From assembly GCA_013239625.1 (NCBI GenBank), contig MU053881.1:13282879-13346878 (forward strand): DNA of 64,000 nt. Reading direction: 5' to 3'. Under the pieces are notes generated by a model, which saw only the letters and a list, made by a program, of their open reading frames with translations, searched no databases and was not told the origin of the DNA. Origin of the DNA: Lama guanicoe (taxonomy: Eukaryota). Positions 27,861 through 39,392 of the stretch are shown here, piece by piece. The first letter of the stretch is position 1; each line of letters starts with the position of its first letter. A program made the position numbers and the translations under genes.

Positions 27861-29040
27861 AGAACGGCCAAGATGGCAGAGGAGAAAGACCCCGAGCTCC
27901 CCTCCTCTGGCGAGCACACCGAAGGCACAACTGTCTGCACAACCACCACCGACGGAAAAGGCTGGAACCTACCGGGAAAGGTCTTCTCCAACGTGAAGAA
28001 GGAACCACAAAGAGACCACTCAGAGGGGCGGACTCAGGACACACTCAATTCCCATAGTCGAGGGTGGGCGACCCGCCAGCCGGAGAATCACTGCCACACG
28101 GCGGCTGTCCCGCAGGAGCCGCAGTCCTGCAGCCCCGGGGGCGCAGCCGGGAAGGACGAGCCCCCGGGACATTCGGCTTCGAAGGCTTGACGGCAGACGG
28201 GCGCCCCCAGGACTGGGAGAAGCAGCAGCTGCACTCTCAAAGGCGTTCACAAAAGCTCTGACCCGGGGCAAAAGCAGTAACTCCGCAGGGGCCTGGGCCC
28301 GGCCTACCTGCCGGCCTCGGAGAGGCTCCGGGAGCGGCTCCTGGAGAGGCTGGGGGGCGATCCTCCTGCGGAGACCCCGCCCCGGGGCCCTGCGGCCGCC
28401 ACGCGGCTCCTCTGCGCGGACGCCCGGCCCCACCCAACCGCCTGCAGGCGGCCCCTCAGGCCAGAGGGCTGACCGGGCGGGACCCAGCCCCACCCGTCAG
28501 CGGACAGGCTGCCTGAAGACCGAAGTGCCCGCAGCTGCCCCCGGGCAGGGCCCTGCCCACGCGGGGCCCAGGCCCAGCCCCGCCCCCACCCCCACCCCCA
28601 CAGCGGGAGGGCGGGCGCCGGCCCCTCCCCCGAGGCCTCCCGACCAGCCTCGCCCACCCAGAGACAGATGAGAAGCAAGGACACAGCAATCCTGCGGCAC
28701 AGGCCGGGGCCTCCCCTCGGCCAGCTGGGCCCTGGCCCTCCCCACCGGCAGGCCAACGCAGCCTTCGGGGCACCCCAGACCCCATCCCCAGCAGCGTCAG
28801 GAACCCCACACCCCCACCTTCCTCCCCAAAGATCTGGAACTGAAATGAGCTCTGGGGTCCCTGGGCCCTGCAGCCAGACTCCAGGAACCAGCTCTGCCTG
28901 TCAGGTGTCTGGCACTAACTCCAGGATCTGGCTTCCACTGCGAATAAGGTGAGCAACAGCCCCAAAGTCTTCGGGACCCTGACACCACCCACCAGTGAAC
29001 CAGCACTAGCCCCAGGGCCACCCCAGGGTCCTGTAACCAG
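27861..29040 (+). mobile_element. L1 5' UTR fragment forming a CpG-island-like segment
   Basis: Starts with the L1 5' motif ccaagatggc (YY1-type) then ...gaaagaccccgagctc. Very GC/CpG-rich; no ORF1, ORF2 or poly(A) follows. Confidence 0.75.
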
Positions 29041-29600
29041 CCTTCTCTGCATCCTCACCAGCGTTTGCTACTTGTAGAATTTTTGAAGATAGCCTTCCTG
29101 ACAGGTGTGAGGTGACGCCTCATTGTGGCTTTGATCTGCATTTGCCTGATGATGAGTGACTTGGAGCATCTCTTGTTGTGGCTGTTGCCATCTGTGTCTT
29201 TTTTAGGGAAGTCCCTGTTCGGGTCCTGTGCTCATTGTTTGGTGAGGTCGTTGTTGTTTTGGGACTGAGTTGTGTGACTTCTTTGTGTATTTTGCATATT
29301 AACCCCTGATTGGTCGTATTGACATATTTTCTCCCATTCAGTAGGTTGTCTTTTCCTTTTGTCAGTGGTTTCCTTTGCTGTTTAATTAGGTCCCATTTGT
29401 TTATTTTTGCCTTTATTTCTTTTGCCTTCGTAGACAGATCCGCCCAAAATACTGCTACGATTTATGTCAGAGAGTGTTCTGCCTATGTTCTCTTCTAGGA
29501 GTTTGATGGTTTCAGGTCTTATATTTTGGTCTTTAACCCACTTTGAGTTTATTTTTGTACGTGGTGTGAGGAGACAGTCGGATCTGATTCTCTCACGTGC
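29041..29600 (-). mobile_element. L1 ORF2 fragment (right part of the interrupted L1)
   Basis: Encodes the L1 ORF2-like [37 protein letters not shown]. Resumes where the left part stops (catcctca|ccagc). Confidence 0.9.
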
Positions 29601-30444
29601 AGTCGGGTAGCCATATGGCCTTGTGTGCAGGGCATTGCTTCTTGCCGAGAGAAGAGGGGGGCAGACATGCTCAGTTTTCTCTGCTTTGTCAGGCCAGTTA
29701 CCACTTGACCATCTGTCTTCCTCTTCCCAGTATTCCATTGACAGCTCTAGACAATAATCGTTTAACTTCTATGCACTTCATCATTGTAGATATGTGCCTA
29801 TATTATGGTCTTATTGATGTTTTAATGGGGGTGTAGAGAGGGAGCAGCGTCAATAGAACAGTGTTGAATTTGCTGCATTTTTACTGGCAGTGCCCAGGTG
29901 TCACCACCAAGTGGTTAGCTAGCCAGAAATGAAGTGAGCAGATTCTTCTACAAATAATCATTAATTAGTAACATCTTAGCAATCATTTGAAGTTCTTTTA
30001 TAGCCATAGAAATGGTGGTCAGATGAATTGTTACTTCTTAGTTATCACTCTACCTTTACATTCTAAGAAGAGGGCTATGATTTGTAATCCATTAAAAGGG
30101 GTATTTAAGATAAGGAAAAGAAATTTTGTGGAAAGATTGCTGACACTGGAGTAAGAAAACCTGAATTCCATCGTGGTCCTGTTTACTGACTACTTGTGTA
30201 GCTGTGAAATGTTGGACCATAATTGTGCTGTAAATTGTAAAATGAAGGTGGGAAGGTGGTTGTAGTAGACTGGCTCTGGGCTGCCATTTAATTTTAAATT
30301 TCTGTGCTTCCTTCCCTTTTAACATTTTAGTAAATGTGTCTAAATGGAAAGTTTGAGGGCAAATTTGCATGTTCATTAATAAACAAAAGCCTAAATAATA
30401 CAAAGTTACATTTAGTACCTACCTATTAAATACTAATTTTCTGG

Positions 30445-30714
30445 GTTTTTTTTAAATTGAAATACAGTCAGTTACAATGTGTCAATTTCTGGTGTACAGC
30501 ACAATGTCCCAGTCATGCATATATATATACATATATTTGTTTTCATATTATTTTCCATTAAAGGTTATTACAAGATATTGAATATAGTTCCCTGTGCTAT
30601 ACAGAAGAAACTTGTTTCTTTTTTAATCTTTTTTTATATATAGTGGCTATCACTTGCAAATCTCAAATCCCCAAATTTATCCCTTCCCACCCCCTTCCCC
30701 CGGTAACCATAAGC
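30445..30714 (-). mobile_element. 5'-truncated lineage-specific L1 3' end
   Basis: Same 3' UTR as the 13757 copy; TSD aattttctg on both sides. Confidence 0.85.
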
Positions 30715-30721
30715 AATTTTC

Positions 30722-31100
30722 TGTGTCTTAGTCTGCTTGGGTGGCTGTAACAAAACACCACAGACAAAGTGATTTAAACAGCAGACATTTATTTCTCAGA
30801 GTTCTGGTGTCTGGGACATCTAAGATCAGGGTACCAGCACGGTAGAGTTCTTGATGAAGGCCCACTTCCTGGCTTGCAGATGGGAGCCTTCTCCTTGTGT
30901 CCTCCAGTGATGGAAAGAGTGGGAGCTCTGGTCTCCCTCTCCTTAGAAACACTAATCTCATTCAGGTGGCTTTGCCCTCAGGTCATCTAAACCTAGTTAC
31001 CACCCACAAGCCTCACCACCGAATAGCATACTAATCACATTGAGAGTTTGGGCTTCAACAGAGAAATATTGAGTGGACCTAAACGTTGGGTCCAGAGCAT
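30722..31100 (-). mobile_element. MaLR solo LTR (MLT1A/B-like)
   Basis: tgtcttagtctgcttgggtggctgtaacaaaacaccacagac...catttatttctcagagttctgg...tctaagatcagggtaccagca. Confidence 0.85.
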
Positions 31101-33199
31101 TATGTGTTCTATACATATTAATTTGTAAATTCTCACCCCCAAACTGAGGGACTAAGAACTTTTAGTCTCTCCCCTTAAGAAATGAGGAAATTAAGGCACA
31201 GAGAAGTGGCGTGATTCACTGTAGATCACACAGCTAGGAAAGCTTGTACTAGAAATGCAAATTACACAACCCATATTCTTAAGCACTGTGCCTTACAATT
31301 GTGATGGATTGTATGTTATAGCTACTCAGTAAAATAAGTTAAATCTGTATCTTTCTCATTAGGGTCTTTTTTTTTTCCCAATAAGATACTGTTTTATCCA
31401 CTCTAACCATCCATTAGTTTCAGGAACTGAAATGATCCTGAATGTTGAGTATGCCATGGCAATAAATTCTGATTCTTCTTCTAATCTTTTTCCTTTTCTG
31501 CAATGTCCAGATAAACTTTCAACAATAAAATTTCCCAAAGTAATACATTTTGTATTAGAACATAAAGCTCAAAAATGATAAATATCACTAATGCCACCAT
31601 CTAGAAAAAAAAATTCCTGTAATTGTACGTGAAAAAAATATGTGAAAGAAAATAAATTCTTAGTATCTAAAAACCATTTAATGTGAGTTTGTATTTTAGC
31701 AAGTTTCAACAAACATATTTGTATTTTAAATCTGTCAACAAATATGTGATCTGATTTTTTGCTGCCTCCATTTTAGTGATGGCTTTAAATGCTCTAAACC
31801 TTGGCTTTATGAGAGTCAGCATTAGAAGAGGCTGCACTAGGAAAACTTTTTTTTAACTAATATTTGCTTAGTTACATTCTAGTCTCTCTCTCTTTCTCTT
31901 TCTCTCGCCTTCTCAAAGAACAATTTTCAATTTTGTTCTATTAATTCCCAGATCATTCAGTCTGACAACTCAATTTACCTTTAAGGAAAATGTTGAAATT
32001 ATATGATTTTGTGCATTGATTTTTGGAAAATGCTTCAGAAGTGATTTATGATATAATGAGAAAATGCTTTTTCAAAACAGTATAACCACTAATGGGATCT
32101 ATGGCACTGGAATAGGAATGAAAATAAGTGGCCAATTTATGATACTATGAACAATTGGCAAAATCAACATTTAAGTGCATATAAAAGAAGCAACCAGTCT
32201 CCAGATGCTCGAGGAGAGACACTGTATTTTTAAGCCTGACTACAATGTGGAGGAATGAAGCAAAACAAATACATTTGCAAAAAAAGAAGGCAAAATTTTA
32301 ATGAAAGAAGTTGATGTTAAATATGATTGGAGAACTAAACACTTACTAATATTTAAGTAACACAAATTCAGTTTTAGTATTCATACCTGATAGAACTACA
32401 AAGATATACATGTGTGTAAGCTGAGTCTATAAGTGTGAAATATGCTTGAAGTCTATGCTGAAAATAAGTCTCCTTGTTTTGGAGGTGGGACTCTAAACGT
32501 AAACGTACCTGCTACTGGGACCAGCAGGTAAGATGAGGATTAGTTGCAGAATAAGAAAAACAGTAAAGTTTCATTTGAAGATAAAACTTCACTATATTAA
32601 ACCATTGAAGTAAATACCCATGAGTCAACACATGCTTTACAAAATTTGACATTGTCAATTGGCTTCAGATATTTTTCAAAGGAAAAACAAAAATACGTGT
32701 TGAAAGAATTAACATTCCCTGGGTAACCATCCCAGATCAAACCAGGCGTTGTTCTAAGACGACATATTTTACATACATCAACGGATCAAATGCTCGTAAC
32801 ATTTTTATAAAGCAGCTTTAATCATTGTCCTCATTTTATGAATAAGGGAATCAAATCAAGAGTTTACGATAGTTAGAGGAGAAGGATTTGAACGCCGGCT
32901 ACCTGACTACATATGACATTTTACACATAGCTCATTGGGGTAAGCACATTCAAGGTCTACCAGATATTGTCTACAATTGTTGTTTTAATTAACACCCTTA
33001 TAAGTCAGGTTTGAGAGTTGATGATTCTCCACATTCTTGTTCACAGATGGTATTTTCATACATTATAATTTTTGCAAATTTGATTATGGTATATATTGCA
33101 TTTCCCTAAATCTGAGTAAAACTTGAGTATCTTTTCGTATGCTTCTTAGCCATATAATTTTTCTCTAAAATTTTTTATTACATTTTAATTAATTATATG

Positions 33200-33790
33200 A
33201 AAGTATAATTTAAAAACAACAAAGTGTATAGATTCAATGAGTGACGACAAGTTATTCACCTGTGTCATCTCTGTGAAACTCATTTTCTATCAATATCTCA
33301 CATGCTTGGATCTAGACAAACACTGGCTTTCTGTCTTATCAGTTAGATTTTTCTTTTCTAGAATCTCATGTATATAAAATCATACAGTATCTAATCTCTC
33401 CTATTTGGCTTCCTTCACTCAGCCTATTTTTGAGTTTCACGTGTGATGTGATGTGTATTAGTACTTTCTCCCACTTATTTGTAAATAATTTTCTGTTGAA
33501 TAAATATATTACAACTCTTTTTCCATTCACTTGTTGATGGACATTTGGATTGTTTCTCTCTCTCTCTTTTTTTTTTTTCGCTATTCTGAGTAAAGCTTCT
33601 ACGAACATTGTGCACAAGTCTTCGTGTGGACATAGGTTTTCATTTCCCTTGGACAAATACGTAAGAGGGCAGTTCTTAGAGCATATGATGGGTCCACATC
33701 CTTCAATATTTTTAATTTTAGTCACTTTGGAGGGTATGCAGAGCCATTCATTGTGCTTTTATTAATATGCATTTCCCTGATTAACGATTC
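33200..33790 (-). mobile_element. Old L1 3' fragment
   Basis: ccattcacttgttgatggacatttggattgttt...tgtggacataggttttcatttcccttgg. Confidence 0.7.
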
Positions 33791-34457
33791 AGCTCAGAGG
33801 CACCACCCTGCCCCACGTGGACTCACCCTCTCTGGACGATTAGGAAATTGCATCTTAGACAGAAATCTGGGGCTTTCGCATCGTTTGTTTCTCCTTTCTC
33901 GGTGGTCACTGTCCTTGCCCTCTTTCCTCCAGTGTCTAAATACCGTGAACCTTCGTGCTTTTCCAGTTTTCTGATTGTTTGCAATGAGAAGGTAAATTAG
34001 ATTCCCGTTACTCCATTATGACCAGAAGCTGAAGACTCTTCATTGTTCTTTTTTCAGAATAAATGTTAATATTTTTAAACAATTAGTAGTTAATTGAACT
34101 TAATATTGCTGATGAAATTTAATTTAATTATATAGAGTTTAGGAGTTTCTGTGGTTTTCATTATTTATATTGCATAGGTTCTTTGTGGATTCTGGATTAC
34201 CTTGATTAACCCTTAACATTTGTTAAATTAATTTGGTGATAAACTGTCACATTCTTTATAAGCTGGAAAATGTCTTTAATTTTCTTCTCACATTAGCAGG
34301 ACAATTTAGGTGCACATGAAATTTTAGTTTATCAGTATTTTTTTTCCCCAGCATCATGAAGATAATAGTTCCTTGCTTTGTATTTTTTCTGGTATGGGAA
34401 TAATTTCTTGTCTGTCTTATATTTGTCTTCAGTTTTAAGATTTTTTTGTTAATATTC

Positions 34458-34792
34458 AGTAGATTGAGAACAGAGAGGAGAATAGAATGGTGGTTACCGG
34501 GGGCCAAGAAGTGGGGAAACTGGGGAGGTACTGGCTGAAGGGTAAAAAGTGCTGGGTATCTAGTGTACAGCATAGCGGTTATAGGCAACAGCAATGGATT
34601 ATATACTTCAAGTGGCCAAGAGACTAGATCTGAAATGCTCTCACCACAAAGAAGAAATGAAAAGTGACTTTATAGAGGTATTAATTAACACTACGGTGGT
34701 AATCATATTACAATATATAAATGTATGAAATCAGCCACTATATGCTTTAAACTTGTACATTGTTACATGTCAATTTTATCTCAATAATAAAG
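34458..34792 (+). mobile_element. L1 3' end
   Basis: agaatggtggttaccggggcc...gactagatctgaaatgctctcaccac...gtcaattttatctcaataa; same subfamily type as 21352 and 48890. Confidence 0.8.
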
Positions 34793-36614
34793 AGAGAAAG
34801 AGGAGAGGAGAGATGAAGAGAGGAAGAAAAAGAGAGGGTTACTGGCGGATTGATGGATCATATTCTTTCAAATTTGAAGTATTGCTGCAGTGTGCTGAAA
34901 CTGCCCTTACAATCAGATTTCCTTAATCAAGAGTAAGATTCAGTTGTGAAAATGGATCATTTTTCCCCTTTGAGGTCAACTTATTACTGATGGAACAGCA
35001 CAGCGCTATGTTTATGCTGAAATGGTTTTTTGAGCTGTGCAGGAGCAGAGGTGGTAATACATTTAATTTATATTTCAATTCTGTGTCTCTTGAGTCTTGG
35101 CTCTGCTGTCTCATTTTCCGTTTTTGTGGCAGTGGTGCATGGGGTGATGGCTATAGATTTTCATCAGTTACTCCCAAATCCCTACTCGCATCGGTATGCA
35201 GCGGCAGCCTTCTCTCTAGAATGTTTCTTCTTGTTTTGCTTTGGAAATCTGGCATTTTCTTTTTACCTTGTTCATTTCTCTCTGTTCTAGAAACAGAAAG
35301 TTATCTGCAACTTGGGTTGCTATTAAACTAACTTAAGTAAAAGTATTTAATGAATTTAAATCAGATTATATCAACATCGATTAACATCTGTATCTTCCAA
35401 TTAATTCCTGTCAAATTCCATGTACACAGAAACTTATTTCTGTTTTCTCAGAAATGATTAAAGACCATTGATGTGTTTGTTTTAGTTGTGGAAAAGAGAG
35501 ACACTGAAAAAATCTGAGCTTTGTAAAGCTGCCATCATTACCAAACCTAAATTTTTAGTACATTTATCACAATTACTCTTACATGTCCAATTACCAAAGT
35601 TTTTTTTTGAATTTTAAGCAACATCTGCAAGTTTGGAACACTATGTTTTTTCCCCTACATGTTCCTTTTTCTTCTCAGATAAAGATTCTCCTTGAAATGA
35701 AATGGTTTCATTCTCCCTATGAACCAGTGTGTACAACTTACAATTAGGCAAAGAAACTATACAATTGTGGGATTAAAAGTCACTATAGTAAATGATGTGA
35801 AAAAGAAAGAACAAGTTAAAAAAATCAGATATTGTGATGCACAGAATGTATACAGATGTCAAAATGGACCTTCTAGGCCAGAGTTAGAAAGTCTAGGAAG
35901 AAGGAAATGTGGAAGAGAGACCCGAGTGTGTGATATTTTAAGGAAGGTTTTCTCTAATTCCATCTCTTTTGTAACCTGGTGCTCCATTTTCAAGATTAAG
36001 ATTTCCTTTTCTCCATCTAAATGGTATGAGTTATTACATTTTTATTTGTGCACGCAGAGGTAGTGACCGCAGCCGGCATGGCTTTGGAACTCTGCGCAAC
36101 ACTCTGAAGCCAAGGTTATTATCGTTAATACAATAATCAGTGATAAGCAGAGCTAGCAAATTGTAGGCCAGGCTCTGAGCTAACTGCTCATTTACATTAT
36201 CTTAGTTAGTCACTGTAGTAACTCTGGGGGAATACTGTATCCATTTTACAGGGAAGGAAAATGAGGTTTGCAACAGTTAACTTGCCCCGAGTCACAAAGA
36301 TAGCAATCAAGTATAAGAATACAGGACCTCCATGTCTCCAAAGTGCATGCTTTGAACCGTTACAGCAGAGTGCAGAAAGCCCCTTCTTTCCCTCCTCTTT
36401 CTCCTTGAGATTTTCACACGGAAGGTATCGTCTGGGCCTGCACCGTCCTCACTATAATCAGGGTGGAACAAAAGCAGATCCTTGGGAAACCCTCCAGGTC
36501 CATCTCCCGTCCTGGCTGGGTGGGCTCCAAGTGCATCATTTGGCTGGGCCGCTGGGAACAACGTGAGGCCTTGGCACCTGCTGTTCCTTCTGGTGGGAAG
36601 ATCCCCCATCCATC

Positions 36615-36842
36615 TTTTTTTTTTTTGCTTGTTTTTAATCAAAGTACCATCAGTTATAATGTGTCAATTTCTGGTGTACAGCACAAATGTCCCAGCTGTG
36701 CACAGACGGACATACATTTGTTTCCATATTCTTTTTCATAAAAGGTTATTACAAGATATTGAACATAGTCCCATATATATGCAGCAGAAACTTTTTTTAA
36801 ATCTATTTTTATATATAGTGGCTAACATTTGTAAATCTCAAA
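36615..36842 (-). mobile_element. 5'-truncated lineage-specific L1 3' end
   Basis: Same 3' UTR family; TSD-like ccccatccatctt / cccctccatctt. Confidence 0.8.
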
Positions 36843-39014
36843 CCCCCTCCATCTTGACAGCTCATTGCTTCTGTATCTTGAAAACCTCACCAGGTCTCCC
36901 AGGTATGAATCAGGTAAGCTCTTCAACCCCTGAGCCCCAGGGGCTGCTCACTCCACCTCGACTGATCCAGGGCCTTCGCTCTCACCATAAGCACGTTATG
37001 TATGATACGGTATTGAATCTGTTGGTTGAGTTCCCACTGTCTTCAATAGATAATGAGATGAGAACAGGAACTCATTTTTACTTCTACCCCTAGTGCCCAG
37101 CACAGCAAATAGAACCTAATAGATTCTCCAAGAACTATTGCATTGATTGAAAATGAATAAATATCATAATATAATTCCTGAATAATTCTGTGTTCTGGGC
37201 AATGTACTTAGTTTTTGTTTTTTTTTCCCCCATGCATTACCTCATTCAATTTTGCCAGTCAATCTGGAAGCTAAATAATCCTTCCACCCTAAATCCGAAG
37301 AAACTAGGACTAGAGAGGATATGCGTTTGGCCTTATTCACACAGGCAGTTTGTGCCAGAGGAAGTTTGAATTTTGGATTCCATAAAGTTGAACCCATCCT
37401 CGTAAGCTCTGCACTTTATTAGATCCCTTCATGAGTGGAAATAATGCAAACGTCAAGACGCTTGATTTTAGAACGTGGTCTTACTGATAGGCTCACCTCT
37501 GAACTCCCAGTGCGTTTTGTCTCTTCTGTTGACTCTTTCCCTTGTGGTTTTAGTGAAACTGTGTTGAGGTGAAGAGTGGAGTCTTTGGAGTTGATCGGAG
37601 CTGAGTTTGTAGGTGACTCAGTGCAGACCAGCTTCGCCTTTAGGTTCGTGTTTGAGTTTACGTGTTGGATCCCTCCGTGGTGAGTCACTCGCCGGTAGGA
37701 GCCTCAGGATCCCGGGACGGTGTAGGAGTGAGCAGACAGCAGAGCTGCGGGTGCCCAGCAGGGCAAACGAAGGCTGGGTCGCCAGTGAAGAGAAGAAGGA
37801 ATATAATGAAGGATAAGCCTGCAATTAAATGGGAGGAAATAAGAATTAGAAGTCGATCTAAAACAGATCTTCCCTAGAGGTTGGAGACGGTTTTGGGGGG
37901 GCTGAGGTGTAACCTATAATGCGGTTACTCACGGGGAGGTTAAGTTTAATCCAGGGACATAACCAAGCCCATGCAGAATGCAATCATCCTCAGAGCAGAT
38001 AAAGGTGAAAACTATACATTCTGTGTCCCATCTGTAGAAATCTTTGGTCTGTGGCTATCTCTGCTCTTTTCTGCTTCTGCCAACCAGACGTTTTTTTGTT
38101 TTGTTTTTTTTGTTTCATTTTTCCCCCCTTAGGTTTGTATTATTATTTATTCCTATGGATAAAAAATAGGATATCTGACCTCTCCTTAAAGGCAGAGCTC
38201 CTTCGTTCCCAAGGACATTTGTATTGAATGAAGAAAAGCCAGATGGAACAGGCGGGAAGGGAATGTTCACTTATTTCTCCTGCATTACACTAGGATGCCC
38301 CGATCTCCCTGCCACCTGCATCATTTAGCAGTCCTGATTAAAGAGCACAGGGCCTGGCAGTCTGCGGAAGGCTGCTCCCTGGCGCTGCCTGGACCGCCGT
38401 GGGCTGCGAGCAGCCTCATGGTCTCCAGACAATCTGTCATTTCTGCTCTGTCCCAATAACCTTTGGCAACAACAAAAGCAAACAGGTACCTGAAAGCCAA
38501 GGATGCCAATATAGGGAATTTGCCCTTTCTTTATTTCAAAAAATGCAGGTGTCATTGGCACCACAAGAAGTCATTAGCTCTTGAGAAGGTTCATTTAGAA
38601 TCTAGATCACCTATGGGCTTGTTATAATTTGAGACCAAAAAAAAAAAATGTGGTCATCATCTTTGTTATACTTTTTACCCTCTCTTCACCAAATTCTGCA
38701 AATAGGAGGAAATATTTGGGGAGACAGTAACTGCATATGTGTGTACCTCCGTTTATATCTCTTCTGTATTTATCTCTCTATGTATGGAAAGAGGGAGAGG
38801 GAGAGAGGGAGAGATTAAAAACCCACACACTGTATGACACACATATGTTTGCACATACATAGTTACTCTTTCCCCAAATACAGGAAGGAGAAAGTTAAAA
38901 CCCAGATACACAAAGAAGGCTCTGCATCCAAACGTCTAGCAGCTCAGTTTCCATTGCGTTGTGTGCAGCGTTATAGACTAGGAGCCTGCAAATGCCTACA
39001 GATTGAGAAAGATA

Positions 39015-39392
39015 GTATCAGCGAGTGAAGCAGAGTCTCGATTTCCTGCCACCCTCTGGTAAGCCCCACTGGTTTTCAAACCCGCCAAGGGCACTCATTT
39101 TCCCAGTGCCAGACCCCAGGGCTGAGTTGCCCCATAGGGGACTTGAATCTGTGGCCGCTCGGGCAGGACTCCTTAGCCTGGGGCACCCGCCTGGTTGCAG
39201 GTCTAGAGCAGACTGCGTCTCTCTTCTTCCTCCCAGACTGTCTGTGTTTGCTTCTTTGTACCCTTCATTGTGGAGGAGCTGTTCTGCTTGTTCTCAGAGA
39301 AAGTTGCTCCATGTACAGTTGTAGATTTGATGTGTTCCTGGGGAGAGGTGAGCTCAGGGTCTTTCTACTCCATCATCTTGGTCCCGCCTCCT
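39015..39392 (-). mobile_element. Isolated L1 5' UTR fragment
   Basis: Minus strand begins ccaagatgatggagtagaaagaccctgagctcacctctcccc, homologous to the start of the 27861 fragment. Confidence 0.7.

Noticed and set aside
27677..29021. Many overlapping Pro/Gly/Arg-rich ORFs suggesting a gene
   Set aside because: Expected from stop-codon scarcity in GC-rich L1 5' UTR sequence. The only recognisable peptide is an L1 ORF2 remnant.
29382..29738. 118 aa ORF with an RT-element-like segment
   Set aside because: Degenerate L1 ORF2 fragment, not an intact gene.
36482..37093. Longest ORF in the window (203 aa, + strand)
   Set aside because: Runs through an antisense L1 3' UTR and its poly(T) tail; no recognisable domain; a chance ORF.
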